Of a DNA stretch of 64,000 nucleotides, positions 28,401-37,132 are shown piece by piece (positions within the stretch are counted from its first letter, which is position 1; each line of letters begins with the position of its first letter). The position numbers and the translations under genes are program-made. The stretch is from IMG/VR virus record IMGVR_UViG_3300021963_000022; one strand, written 5' to 3'. Origin of the DNA: a virus. Taxonomy: Duplodnaviria > Caudoviricetes. Under the pieces are notes generated by a model, which was not told where the DNA came from, made no database searches, and saw only the letters and a program-made list of their open reading frames with translations.

Positions 28401-31400
28401 ACGTATACCTGTAAATACCTCAGTACCATTACTCCAAGTTTGTATAAACGTATACGGTGCATTTGATGATATAGTACCTGTATTAGCTCTTAGGTTAACT
28501 AAGTTACCTACGCTAGTAATATTTGGTTGAGCGTTAGTAGTAACCGTAATAGCTGTATTAGCTACATTAGTATTTCCCGAATAAGCCGCATAGTTTGCAT
28601 TAGCAATTAATCCAGTGATATTACCTGCAGGAATGTTAGTCAATCCTGCACCTGAACCGGAATAAGATGTTCCGGTAACTCCACCTAACTTGTCAACTTT
28701 GAATTTAGTTGTGTTATTTACTTGTAAGTCTAATAATAAACTATTAATATTACTAAAGGTATCCGTTATGTTTGTTCTTAAATGTGTAAATGTAACACCA
28801 GAGTTATTCCATGTTTGTGTAAAATATACAGGAGTATTAATTGTCACTGGACCAGTGGTAATGTTAGCTAGCTTAACTGTTAATGTTCCTGAAGCCTCGT
28901 TAAATGTAAAATTAGAATTGGTACCAAGCACTCCACTATCATTATAAATAATTTCTCTGTTACTACCCGGGGCAAGAACATTACCACTAAAGTTACCTAT
29001 CAAATTACCTATGAAGTTAGTAGCAGATACGTTACCACTCTTTTCTACAGTAAACACGCTTGAAGTGTTTACTATCATGTCAATCAATTTGCTATCTACT
29101 ACACTAGCGTCGTCAGTAACATTAGCCTCTAATAATGTAAACAGTCTATTAGCATTATTCCAATGTTGTGTTAAACGTACCGGGTTGCTTCCCGTTATCT
29201 CACCTGTATTCACTGTCAATGTAGTTAAATTCCCTACACGGGTGATGTTAGGTTGATATGCATTACTTACTGTATCGGCTCCACCGGTATACTGGGCATA
29301 ATTTGCATTTGGCACATAACCAACTAAGTTGGCTGCAGGAATATTGGTTAACTGACTACCGTTACCAATATACTGATTAGCAGTTACTATACCTGTTTTG
29401 TCAACTTTAAACTTGCTTGTGCCACCTACTTGCAAATCTAGTAATAATGATTCTCCTGCACTGTTAGTATCAACAATATTTTCTTTAATACCAGTGAATA
29501 CTGCGCTAGCATTATTCCATGTTTGTGTAAACGTTAAAGGAGCACTATTAGTAACTGTCCCGTTAGCTATATTTAAACTGGTTAGTGTTCCGACACTTGT
29601 AATATTGGGTTGTGCGTTAATTGTAACAGTACCAGCCGTTAGTGCAGACGTAGAATTACCTATTATGTTACCTAAGAAATAGTTAGCACGAACATTACCA
29701 TAAGATACAAAAGTCACTACATCACTAGTTACACTAACGTTACTACCGAATGCAAATTCACTATTGCTATTATCCCAACCCATGAATGCATCAACTGCTG
29801 AGTCTTTAAAGTAATGTAATAATGATCCTCTATCTTTGCCGTCATCACCGCTTAATGGCGTACCATTAGGATTTCCACCCATCTCAATGATAGGATCTTT
29901 GATGTTAAATGTAGTTACATTAGCATATTGTGTACTACCGGTCACAATCAAGTTACCATTAATTGTTAATCCAGTTAATGATCCTACTGAAGTAATATTG
30001 GGTTGAGCGTTAGAAGTAACAGTACCTGCAGTATCGGTAGAACCGGCAGATCCATCGATGCTCACACCAGATAATGATAGAGATCCTGATGCCCTACCTA
30101 ACGAAACTGCAGTGGTACCTAAATATACATTAGTATTTGCTAATACATCAGTAGATAAAGTACCTACTAATGCATTGCCGGGTATACCAGTTAGTAATGA
30201 ACCATTACCTCTATAAAAGTTTGCAGATACATTACCTGCAAAGTTTGCATTAGCATTTCCTGATATACTACCGGATAAGTTTAGACTTGTTAATGTACCT
30301 ATACTAGTAATATTAGGTTGAGCATTAGTAATTACAGTACCTGCAGTATTAGATTGTCCATATAGTCTAGCTTGAACAATGTTTGCGCTAAAGTTTCTGT
30401 TAGTATCACGTGATACTATTGTACTAGCAACGTTGCTAGGAGTAGCTGATAAACCATTTAACAATGATGCATTTAAATTAGCTACTAGCGTGTTACTATA
30501 AACAACAATAGGTGCTGTGCCGGTAGCAAGTGTGCTGATAAATTGACCAACAATGGATACATTATCACCTGTTAAGTTACCATTTGTTGTAATATTTCCG
30601 TTACTACTGCTAAGTGTAGTACCACCTAAGTCAATAGTGTTTGCAGAAATATATAAAGTTCTCCAACGTGCATTGGGTGTACCGATATCAAATGCCTGAT
30701 CCTCAGATGGTATTAGGTGACCTGTTATTTGACCATTAATGCTAAGTGAACTTAGTGTTCCTAAACTAGTGATATTAGGTTGACTAGGCGTAGTTAATGT
30801 ACCCGTAAGTCTGTTTGCAATAATAACATTGCTTATGTTTAGATTTCCTGCACTAACGTTACCGGTAACGTTAGCATTACCTAACATTGTAACATTAGTA
30901 AATGTAGCTAAGTTTGGTGTTGTTGCACCGATTAAACCGTTGTATGGTCCAAATGTAGATGCATTAATGTTACCGGCATTGATATTACCGCTTACTACTA
31001 AGTTAGAGATCGTACCTAAACTAGTGATGTTAGGTTGTGCGGCAGTTGTTACAGTACCTGCTTTGTTAGCTGTATTTGAAAAACTTGCGTAATTTGCAGT
31101 TAGTGAATCACCTGCAAAGTTAGAATAATTAGCGTTAGTTGCATAATTTGCATTGGCAACACTACCTGCAACATTGCCACCCGAAATATTAGTTAATCCA
31201 GCACCATTACCTGAAAAATTAGTAGCAATAAGCGTATCCGTAGCAGTGTTAAATGTTAAATTTGCACTACCTTCAAAATATCCTGCATTGTTAAATTGTA
31301 CTTGTGTGTTAATGCCACCGGGAACTACTGCCCCTCCAATAGCTGTCCATGATAGATTTCCGTTACCGTCAGTAGTAAGTGAGTAGTTTGCCCCACCCCC

Positions 31401-31598
31401 TGTAATAATTACATCACCAACATTGCCTAGATGTACTTGATTAGTTACAGATAAATTTGCTGTAGTAAATGAATCAACTGCAACACTACTGGCTCCGGAT
31501 CCAACACGATTCCATACTCCCGGAGTACTGTCGTATTCGTATATTACACCATTGATTGTTACTTGCTGTCCGTTTGTGGGGTTTGCTGGCCAACTCAT
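25473..31598 (-). CDS. Long tail fibre protein, 2041 aa, repeat-built
   Basis: 15 copies of a QPNITSVG-type repeat and 6 copies of an FTQTWNN...SLL.DL.V...F.V.K.G repeat. SD AAGGA, and TAAATA on the minus strand at 31620-31625. Confidence 0.85.
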   Translation of the reverse strand: MSWPANPTNGQQVTINGVIYEYDSTPGVWNRVGSGASSVAVDSFTTANLSVTNQVHLGNVGDVIITGGGANYSLTTDGNGNLSWTAIGGAVVPGGINTQVQFNNAGYFEGSANLTFNTATDTLIATNFSGNGAGLTNISGGNVAGSVANANYATNANYSNFAGDSLTANYASFSNTANKAGTVTTAAQPNITSLGTISNLVVSGNINAGNINASTFGPYNGLIGATTPNLATFTNVTMLGNANVTGNVSAGNLNISNVIIANRLTGTLTTPSQPNITSLGTLSSLSINGQITGHLIPSEDQAFDIGTPNARWRTLYISANTIDLGGTTLSSSNGNITTNGNLTGDNVSIVGQFISTLATGTAPIVVYSNTLVANLNASLLNGLSATPSNVASTIVSRDTNRNFSANIVQARLYGQSNTAGTVITNAQPNITSIGTLTSLNLSGSISGNANANFAGNVSANFYRGNGSLLTGIPGNALVGTLSTDVLANTNVYLGTTAVSLGRASGSLSLSGVSIDGSAGSTDTAGTVTSNAQPNITSVGSLTGLTINGNLIVTGSTQYANVTTFNIKDPIIEMGGNPNGTPLSGDDGKDRGSLLHYFKDSAVDAFMGWDNSNSEFAFGSNVSVTSDVVTFVSYGNVRANYFLGNIIGNSTSALTAGTVTINAQPNITSVGTLTSLNIANGTVTNSAPLTFTQTWNNASAVFTGIKENIVDTNSAGESLLLDLQVGGTSKFKVDKTGIVTANQYIGNGSQLTNIPAANLVGYVPNANYAQYTGGADTVSNAYQPNITRVGNLTTLTVNTGEITGSNPVRLTQHWNNANRLFTLLEANVTDDASVVDSKLIDMIVNTSSVFTVEKSGNVSATNFIGNLIGNFSGNVLAPGSNREIIYNDSGVLGTNSNFTFNEASGTLTVKLANITTGPVTINTPVYFTQTWNNSGVTFTHLRTNITDTFSNINSLLLDLQVNNTTKFKVDKLGGVTGTSYSGSGAGLTNIPAGNITGLIANANYAAYSGNTNVANTAITVTTNAQPNITSVGNLVNLRANTGTISSNAPYTFIQTWSNGTEVFTGIRQNIVDSASDPSSLLLDLQVDGSSTFSVDKTGVVVSNVFIGEGGNLSNLQASNLVGEIPNANFATYSTYSNSTGNANIANTVTTNAQPNITSVGNLTGLSIASGSLTADKPLSIVQTWQNGAVTFNTISASITDTTSSVNSTLIDMKVGGTSKFKVTKSGNVTGTYFLGDGSLLSNIPTGAFSNYANYAGNITVNSQPNITSVGNLTSLTVAGDANITGNLTTLNANLGNVVSANYFVGNGAGLTNISAGELTGQVPNASISGTVYTNAQPNITSVGTLANVFTSGNVYIQQNELSNSNKVAFISAADNAGAATITLGSPTSLTLGQYNVASKLKTGDQLIISGAIGDSISLNKTYSITNVTANPSSNVILTVTPDLVTSAGGGANVSSISVIAQRRVIESSSTTVTGYFDVANVGTLTVGNLTATTVSNNAQPNITSVGTLTSLGVTGTVTAGNASLGNNVSANFFTGNGAFLTNILGNRVTGTVANANYATSAGSATTATSATTATSATTATSATTAGTVTTAAQGNITSVGNLTSLVVTGNLTAGNASLGNYVAANFFSGNGHLLSGVTAINANTVTTNAQPNITSTGNLTKLIVASGSLTDTAPISFSQTWNNANIGFTAVELSITNTKSLASSLLIDAKVGGTSQFSVSSAGNILAKNANLGNLATANYLGGTLTTAAQPNITSVGNLSTLTVTGNIDAGNINGSIFGPVQGIIGGSTPNIASFTDVDLSGNLFAGNANLGNHVAANFFSGNGSLLTGVSATTAVSATNAAALLQNTSTSTTAYLTFSTSSSNGNASAVINTNITANLSNTSITAKTFVGNLTGAATSAATVTNGAQTSITSVGTLTGLGVSGNLVANNIGANLITLKSYTETVLSPVNTGAAISPNVANGTIFNFIANANFTFNGLTGATTGSSATIIIKQDATGSRVMTSNIKFAANSKTLSTAAESIDIISVFYDGSAYYATLSKGYE
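26851..26916. repeat. 18-nt tandem repeat (GTTGTTGCACTAGTTGCG x3.7) encoding (SATTAT)n in the tail fibre
   Basis: Exact copies start at 26851, 26869 and 26887, with a partial copy at 26905. Confidence 0.95.
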
Positions 31599-31635
31599 TT
31601 ATTATTCCTTAATACTTAGTATTTAGCTTTTTAAT

Positions 31636-31664
31636 TTGACATTAAATGGACCTTGTGCTACAAT
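31636..31664 (+). promoter_or_regulatory. Early sigma70-type promoter (TTGACA-wTAAAT class)
   Basis: TTGACA-17 nt-TACAAT with extended -10 TG. Confidence 0.85.
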
Positions 31665-31696
31665 ACATCTATTAAAATTGTAATAGAGGGTGTTAA

Positions 31697-32101
31697 ATGG
31701 AGTACAAAGTAGAAGGTTCTGTAAGGAATCGTAAGTTCATTGAAGCTATCTTGCCCTCAATGTTTAAGCAATTAGGGCTTGAAAACAGCCGCAAGGCCGT
31801 TGTAATCCGAGTAGCGGACGAATGCGGTGAAGACAAGGGTATTACAGTTGACTTATCAAAACTGACAGGTTGCTACATGGTTGTCATTAAACCACACCGC
31901 AATCTGAAAGAAATCGGTATAACACTAGCACATGAGATGGTTCATGTACGTCAGTTAGCCAAAGGTATTCTAAAACAACACAAATCCTGCAATATTTGGG
32001 CAGGTAAAAAGTACGGTAAAAAAACAGCATATTTAGATATGCCGTGGGAAATTGATGCTTTTTCTCGTCAGGAGTTGATTCTCCGTCGTGCTTTTGAATA
32101 A
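31697..32101 (+). CDS. Zincin-like (HExxH) metallopeptidase
   Basis: TLAHEMVHVRQ and PWEIDA motifs. Confidence 0.75.
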   Translation: MEYKVEGSVRNRKFIEAILPSMFKQLGLENSRKAVVIRVADECGEDKGITVDLSKLTGCYMVVIKPHRNLKEIGITLAHEMVHVRQLAKGILKQHKSCNIWAGKKYGKKTAYLDMPWEIDAFSRQELILRRAFE

Positions 32102-32128
32102 TGTTGTGTAAATACAACACAACATTAT

Positions 32129-32157
32129 TTGACAATAAATCCAACATCATATACAAT
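32129..32157 (+). promoter_or_regulatory. Early promoter, TTGACAATAAAT class
   Basis: TTGACA-17 nt-TACAAT. Confidence 0.85.
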
Positions 32158-32199
32158 AGAGTTTCGTTAGTAAATCAGTCATTTTTATAGGAGCAACAA

Positions 32200-33300
32200 A
32201 TGGCATCAGTATCAGACAGTCTCACTATTACTAGTGTACAATCACGCAAAGCAATTTTGCAAGCGTTTAAAACTAAACGTCCCGTTTTCTTGTGGGGTCC
32301 GCCCGGAATCGGTAAATCAGAAGTTGTTGCAGAAATTGCACATGAATTAGGTGGTGCTATCATTGACTTGCGTATGGCACAAATGGAACCAACTGATATT
32401 CGTGGTATCCCGTATTTTAATAAAGATAACGGTAAGATGGACTGGGCTCCCCCAGTTGATTTGCCTGACGAGGAATTTGCTAGCAAATACCCAATTGTTG
32501 TATTGTTCTTAGATGAAATGAATTCGGCTCCTCCTTCTGTACAGGCAGCAGGATATCAGTTGATTCTGAACCGCCGAGTAGGTAAGTATTTCTTGCCCGA
32601 TAACGTTGTTATCGTAGCGGCAGGTAATCGTGACTCTGACAAAGGTGTTACATATCGTATGCCGATGCCCCTCGCTAATCGTTTCATTCACTTGGAAATG
32701 CGCCCTGACTTTACATCATGGCAACAATGGGCTGTGAACAAAGGCATTCACAAAGACGTTGTAGGTTACTTATCGTTTGCTAAACAAGATTTATATGACT
32801 TTGATTCAAAGTCTAGCAGTCGTGCATTTGCTACACCCCGTTCATGGTGTTTCGTTAGTGACTTGTTGAACGATGAAGATAACATGGATAGTGATACTCA
32901 GTTTAACCTAGTATCAGGTGCAGTAGGTGAGGGTCTTGCAGTTAAGTTTGCGGCACACCGTCGAATTGCAGGTAAAATGCCTGAGCCAAGCGATATCTTG
33001 TCAGGTAAGATCAAAGATTTGACTGTTAAAGAAATCTCTGCAATGTATTCGTTGACTATTGCTATGTGCTACGAATTGAAGGATGCTATTGATAACAAGA
33101 AAGTGTCCAACAAAGAGTTTCACATTATGGCAGATAACTTCTTTAATTACATGATGAGTAACTTTGAGACAGAATTGGTTGTTATGGGTGCTAAGATTGC
33201 ATTGAAAACATATAGTCTGCCAATCGAACCAAGTCAGTTGAAAAACTTTGATGATTTCCACAAGAAGTACGGCAAATACATTGTTGAAGCAGGCAACTAA
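32200..33300 (+). CDS. MoxR-like AAA+ ATPase
   Basis: Walker A GPPGIGKS, Walker B LFLDE, AAGN sensor and arginine finger NRF. Confidence 0.9.
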   Translation: MASVSDSLTITSVQSRKAILQAFKTKRPVFLWGPPGIGKSEVVAEIAHELGGAIIDLRMAQMEPTDIRGIPYFNKDNGKMDWAPPVDLPDEEFASKYPIVVLFLDEMNSAPPSVQAAGYQLILNRRVGKYFLPDNVVIVAAGNRDSDKGVTYRMPMPLANRFIHLEMRPDFTSWQQWAVNKGIHKDVVGYLSFAKQDLYDFDSKSSSRAFATPRSWCFVSDLLNDEDNMDSDTQFNLVSGAVGEGLAVKFAAHRRIAGKMPEPSDILSGKIKDLTVKEISAMYSLTIAMCYELKDAIDNKKVSNKEFHIMADNFFNYMMSNFETELVVMGAKIALKTYSLPIEPSQLKNFDDFHKKYGKYIVEAGN

Positions 33301-33302
33301 AC

Positions 33303-33327
33303 AAAAGGGTGCTGGTCACCCTTTTTT
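33303..33327 (+). terminator. Intrinsic terminator
   Basis: AAAAGGGTG-CTGGT-CACCCTTTT(TT). Confidence 0.75.
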
Positions 33328-33343
33328 AATCTAAGGAAATAAA

Positions 33344-33493
33344 ATGAAAGCAAAAGTTTATTTTTACGCAAAAGGGGAAAGTGCCCGAGCAAAAGGTTTA
33401 AGTAGAGTTCAAGCAGAGGAAAAGTACCTTAAAGGTGCACCGGATTTTGCTAGGATTTACTTTGACAAAGGATATCGTGGATTGTCACTTTGA
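33344..33493 (+). CDS. Small hypothetical protein, 49 aa
   Basis: SD AAGGA. MKAKVYFYAKG...KGYRGLSL, read by hand. Confidence 0.65.
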   Translation: MKAKVYFYAKGESARAKGLSRVQAEEKYLKGAPDFARIYFDKGYRGLSL

Positions 33494-33495
33494 GT

Positions 33496-33524
33496 TTGAC
33501 AATAAATCCAACCAGTGCTATAAT
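33496..33524 (+). promoter_or_regulatory. Early promoter, TTGACAATAAAT class
   Basis: TTGACA-17 nt-TG-C-TATAAT. Confidence 0.88.
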
Positions 33525-33549
33525 ATACATATTCTAAAGGAGTATATAA

Positions 33550-34833
33550 ATGTCAGACGTAATCAGCCCTACAAAGAAAAAACGTAGCTCAAAATTTGAT
33601 AATCTTATCGGTCCATTGGATACGAAAATTGATGCACAAGCACGTGAACGTCTTGTAACAGCCCGAGTGGGTTTGCTACTACGTCATTCATTCTTTGGCA
33701 ATCTTGCTACTCGCATGAAGTTAGTTAACGCCGATTTGTGGTGTAGTACAGCGGCAACTGATGGCAGCACATTCTACTATAACAGTCGTTTCATTATGAT
33801 GTTGAAAACTAAAGAGGTAGAATTTTTGTTTGGACATGAAGTGCTACACGTTGTGTATGACCATATGGATCGTAGAGGATCACGTGATCCACAGATCTGG
33901 AACATTGCTGATGACTATGCAGTCAATGCAGATTTGAAACGGCACAAAGTGGGTCAATTCATTACTACAGTACCTTGCTTGTATGAGCAGAAGTATGACG
34001 GTAAGCCTGCAGAAGAAATCTATGATGACTTGATGAAGAATGTTCAGAAGATTGACATTAATTCATTGATTGACCAAATGATTGACGATCACATGGATGG
34101 TGATGACGGTGAAAGCGACGGTGACGGAGATCAAGAAGGTAAAGCTAAAGGCAAACGTCCTTCAATGAGTCCTGAAGAACGTGAACGTATTAGACAAGAA
34201 GTTAAACAAGCAATTATTTCTGCCGCACAAAGTGCAGAAGCAGGTACACTACCTAAAGGTGTTGAACGTCTTGTTAGACAAGCTACAAACCCAATCATGC
34301 CCTGGCGTGAACTATTGCAAGTCAATTTAACTAGTGCAATTCGTAACGATTATTCTTGGACTCGTCCTAGCCGTCGTAGCTGGCACATGGATGCTATTAT
34401 GCCCGGCATGACGCCCGGTGAAGAGATTGATGTTACTATTGCTATTGACATGTCAGGTTCTATCAGTAACACACAAGCACAACAATTCTTAGGTGAGATT
34501 GGTGGCATGATGGATTCGTTTGATGGTTACAAGGTCCATGTATTCTGTTTTGATACAGACACGTACAATCCTAAAGACTTTGACCATGAGAATATGGAAA
34601 GTATTGAAAACTACGAACCAATGGGCGGTGGTGGTACTGACTTTGATTGTATCTTTACTTACTTGAAAGAAAATGCAATTAGTCCGAAACGTTTAGTTGT
34701 ATTCACTGATGGATATCCCTATGGTAGCTGGGGAGATAAAGATTATTGTGACACTACATGGATTATTCATGGTGACCCTGATCCTAACCCCCCATTCGGT
34801 ACATGGGCAATCTACAACGATCACAAGAAGTAA
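33550..34833 (+). CDS. Metallopeptidase-like N-domain plus VWA domain protein (DUF2201-like), partner of the AAA ATPase
   Basis: GHEVLH (HExxH), acidic linker, MIDAS DMSGS, GGGGTDF and VFTDG. Confidence 0.88.
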   Translation: MSDVISPTKKKRSSKFDNLIGPLDTKIDAQARERLVTARVGLLLRHSFFGNLATRMKLVNADLWCSTAATDGSTFYYNSRFIMMLKTKEVEFLFGHEVLHVVYDHMDRRGSRDPQIWNIADDYAVNADLKRHKVGQFITTVPCLYEQKYDGKPAEEIYDDLMKNVQKIDINSLIDQMIDDHMDGDDGESDGDGDQEGKAKGKRPSMSPEERERIRQEVKQAIISAAQSAEAGTLPKGVERLVRQATNPIMPWRELLQVNLTSAIRNDYSWTRPSRRSWHMDAIMPGMTPGEEIDVTIAIDMSGSISNTQAQQFLGEIGGMMDSFDGYKVHVFCFDTDTYNPKDFDHENMESIENYEPMGGGGTDFDCIFTYLKENAISPKRLVVFTDGYPYGSWGDKDYCDTTWIIHGDPDPNPPFGTWAIYNDHKK

Positions 34834-34842
34834 GAAGAAATT

Positions 34843-34965
34843 ATGGATTTGATTTTACAAATTGTAGGCTATGCATTTATATTTGGTATACTTGCTGGAG
34901 TGTTCTATGTTTTTATTAGATTACTATCAGCAGGGCTTGAGGCATTGAGTAAAAACAATGACTAA
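34843..34965 (+). CDS. Small membrane protein, 40 aa
   Basis: MDLILQIVGYAFIFGILAGVFYVFIRLL..., one TM segment, overlaps the next start. Confidence 0.55.
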   Translation: MDLILQIVGYAFIFGILAGVFYVFIRLLSAGLEALSKNND

Positions 34966-35323
34966 GAAAAAGACTAAGCATTATCTTGCAATGTGGGATG
35001 TACAAGGTCTTGAAAGTCTGCATGATGTTGACTTGCACATGAAAAAATACAATGAATGGGAAAAACAAAAAGTTGTTGCTATTCTAAAAGAAGAACGAAT
35101 TCCTAGTCAACCATCAGGTATCCCATTGCAAATGATGCTACTACGTGCAAAGGTAAACAGTCAACGTGCGTATGAGATTTATGAATTCAATAGCACAATG
35201 GCTTATGATGATCTCAAAGAAGCATTTGAAATTGATCCACAACCCATTGTAGAATGGATTAGAAGTAACGGTAAAAAAGTTTATAGTGATTATGTTAAAC
35301 AAGATAGGAAGACGATTGTATGA
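34958..35323 (+). CDS. Hypothetical protein
   Basis: 121-aa ORF, coupled to its neighbours. Confidence 0.75.
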   Translation: MTKKKTKHYLAMWDVQGLESLHDVDLHMKKYNEWEKQKVVAILKEERIPSQPSGIPLQMMLLRAKVNSQRAYEIYEFNSTMAYDDLKEAFEIDPQPIVEWIRSNGKKVYSDYVKQDRKTIV

Positions 35324-35751
35324 TGTATATTGGTACAAGCCTCGGTGGATGCTTACTTAGTCTTATGAATAATGAAGTGTCCGAGGATGAGGTTATGTTC
35401 ATCGTAACACGTACGTTGTGTCCTACATATGATACTTTTATGCAAGTAGTAGAACAATATTACGCAGAGGGTAATCCTCATTCCCGTAATCCTGCACAAT
35501 ATGGTTTAGGTGATTATGATTTGAACGAAGTAAAAAATCTAGCTACTAGATTATACTACTCAGGTAGAATACATCAACCTAGAGTATTTGATGATGTTGG
35601 ACGCAGAGCCGGACATTATTACCCGTATAATCATCCAGCAAGGCTAGGTCAAGGATTATGGATGCAAGTTGTTCCAACTAATGATAACTCAACACCCTCA
35701 GTAATTGAAGCATATGAAAAATATAAAATGTTGGACGCATTAACTAAATGA
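35320..35751 (+). CDS. Hypothetical protein
   Basis: 143-aa ORF with ATGA overlaps on both sides. Confidence 0.75.
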   Translation: MMYIGTSLGGCLLSLMNNEVSEDEVMFIVTRTLCPTYDTFMQVVEQYYAEGNPHSRNPAQYGLGDYDLNEVKNLATRLYYSGRIHQPRVFDDVGRRAGHYYPYNHPARLGQGLWMQVVPTNDNSTPSVIEAYEKYKMLDALTK

Positions 35752-36023
35752 GAGAGTTTAATCCTTTGCTTTGGTACGGGACTAGAAAGCTAGAAATAGT
35801 CCCTAAACATTTTGTGAAGGGTAATACCTTATTGACTGGTGAATCTAAACAGTGGATTGAAGATAAATTGATTGGTAGATATTCTACGACAATTGCTACA
35901 ACTCTTGTGCCGCATGATATTTTAACAATAGTCACTCATTCAGTTTCAGAAGTAGTGTACTTTGAAGATCCTAAAGAACTTACTTTATACGAGTTATATT
36001 GGGCAGGTAGAAATAATTTTTAG
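35748..36023 (+). CDS. Small protein, F-x-L-x-W family member
   Basis: Ends VYFEDPKELTLYELYWAG... Confidence 0.7.
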   Translation: MREFNPLLWYGTRKLEIVPKHFVKGNTLLTGESKQWIEDKLIGRYSTTIATTLVPHDILTIVTHSVSEVVYFEDPKELTLYELYWAGRNNF

Positions 36024-36076
36024 ACATATTAAAAAACAGTTAAATAATCTAGCTAGAATAGCACAAGGAGATTAAT

Positions 36077-36757
36077 ATGAGTTTTTTAAGGCATGTCGGT
36101 AAAATGGGTGATCGTAAAGTTGCTATTGTGTTTAGACAACTACCCAACGAAGAACATATGTGTTTAGTTACCTTTACGGAAACACTCAACATGCATGTAC
36201 ATGATCCTATGATGAAATGTATTGAAAGCGATATCGGACAAAATAGTTCGAATTTAGCTGATGCATTGAACCGTTCCTATACCAAAGACGGCAAAATCAT
36301 TTTGCAAGTTTTGCATAGTGAAGGATTATTAAAGAAGGTTCAAACATCACAAATTACAGTGACTCCTTCTTCTAACACTAGAATTCGTTTAGATGAACTA
36401 AACAAGATTCTGACAGAAATGGAACAGGGCGAACAAGCAGTTAAACGTTTAGCTGAAATTGATGCAAGTCGTGGAATTCAAGATCCAAATGATTTAGCAC
36501 GTAGAATGCGGAACAATAAAGCACCAGTCCCATCAGCACCTGATATTTTGGGTGATTCTACATTGGCTCAACAACGTTTGCAACAAGCACAACGAATGGA
36601 AGTTGAAGCTAAAGGTTTGCTAGCAGAAGCTAAAAGATTAACAGAAGAAGCAACAGCTATGGATCCTAGCCTTGCACCTGCAATGCCTAGTCTAAGTACT
36701 GAAGCTCCGGCAAAGAAACGAGGTCGTCCTGCAAAGGCAAAAGTTTTAACTCAGTAA
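36077..36757 (+). CDS. Hypothetical protein
   Basis: 226 aa. SD AAGGAG, and TAAATA at 36041-36046. Confidence 0.8.
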   Translation: MSFLRHVGKMGDRKVAIVFRQLPNEEHMCLVTFTETLNMHVHDPMMKCIESDIGQNSSNLADALNRSYTKDGKIILQVLHSEGLLKKVQTSQITVTPSSNTRIRLDELNKILTEMEQGEQAVKRLAEIDASRGIQDPNDLARRMRNNKAPVPSAPDILGDSTLAQQRLQQAQRMEVEAKGLLAEAKRLTEEATAMDPSLAPAMPSLSTEAPAKKRGRPAKAKVLTQ

Positions 36758-36758
36758 T

Positions 36759-37055
36759 ATGACACCTGAATACATTAGGAAATGGGAAAACATCTTAGAA
36801 GATGTTGAAAAAAGTAAGGTGCCAATCCAGTTCTTAAAGAAAATAGTTGTAAGACTAACTGGCAAAAAACAACACACTATTAATATTCAAACCCTATTGA
36901 AACAGGGGCTTGAACCAGATGAAATAGAAGGTATTGTTTCACGTAAGTTATATGAGCTGGACCCACTAATCACAAGTTTTGAATTTGTGTTAAATGTAGA
37001 AACAATTGCAGAGACAGTACAACCAGAAACAGATAGATTATTAAGTAAACTATGA
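36759..37055 (+). CDS. Hypothetical protein
   Basis: 98-aa ORF following the previous gene by 1 nt. Confidence 0.75.
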   Translation: MTPEYIRKWENILEDVEKSKVPIQFLKKIVVRLTGKKQHTINIQTLLKQGLEPDEIEGIVSRKLYELDPLITSFEFVLNVETIAETVQPETDRLLSKL

Positions 37056-37061
37056 AACTAA

Positions 37062-37088
37062 CAAATTGCCCTGAATCAGGGCAATTTG
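37062..37088. terminator. 27-bp near-perfect palindrome (terminator or operator)
   Basis: CAAATTGCCCTGA-A-TCAGGGCAATTTG. Confidence 0.55.
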
Positions 37089-37097
37089 CCATATTGT

Positions 37098-37126
37098 TTG
37101 ATTTACTAATCAAAAACTGATACACT
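37098..37126 (+). promoter_or_regulatory. Sigma70-type promoter, leaderless for thyA
   Basis: TTGATT-17 nt-TG-A-TACACT, with ATG 6 nt later and no SD. Confidence 0.6.
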
Positions 37127-37132
37127 CATAAC

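Noticed and set aside
25897-31386. Plus-strand ORFs within the tail fibre gene
   Set aside because: They are antisense shadows of repetitive Thr/Asn/Ala codons, without RBSs.
23827-31640. Invertible tail-fibre segment or diversity-generating retroelement
   Set aside because: I found no flanking inverted repeats, invertase, reverse transcriptase or adenine-mismatched template/variable repeat pair in the window.
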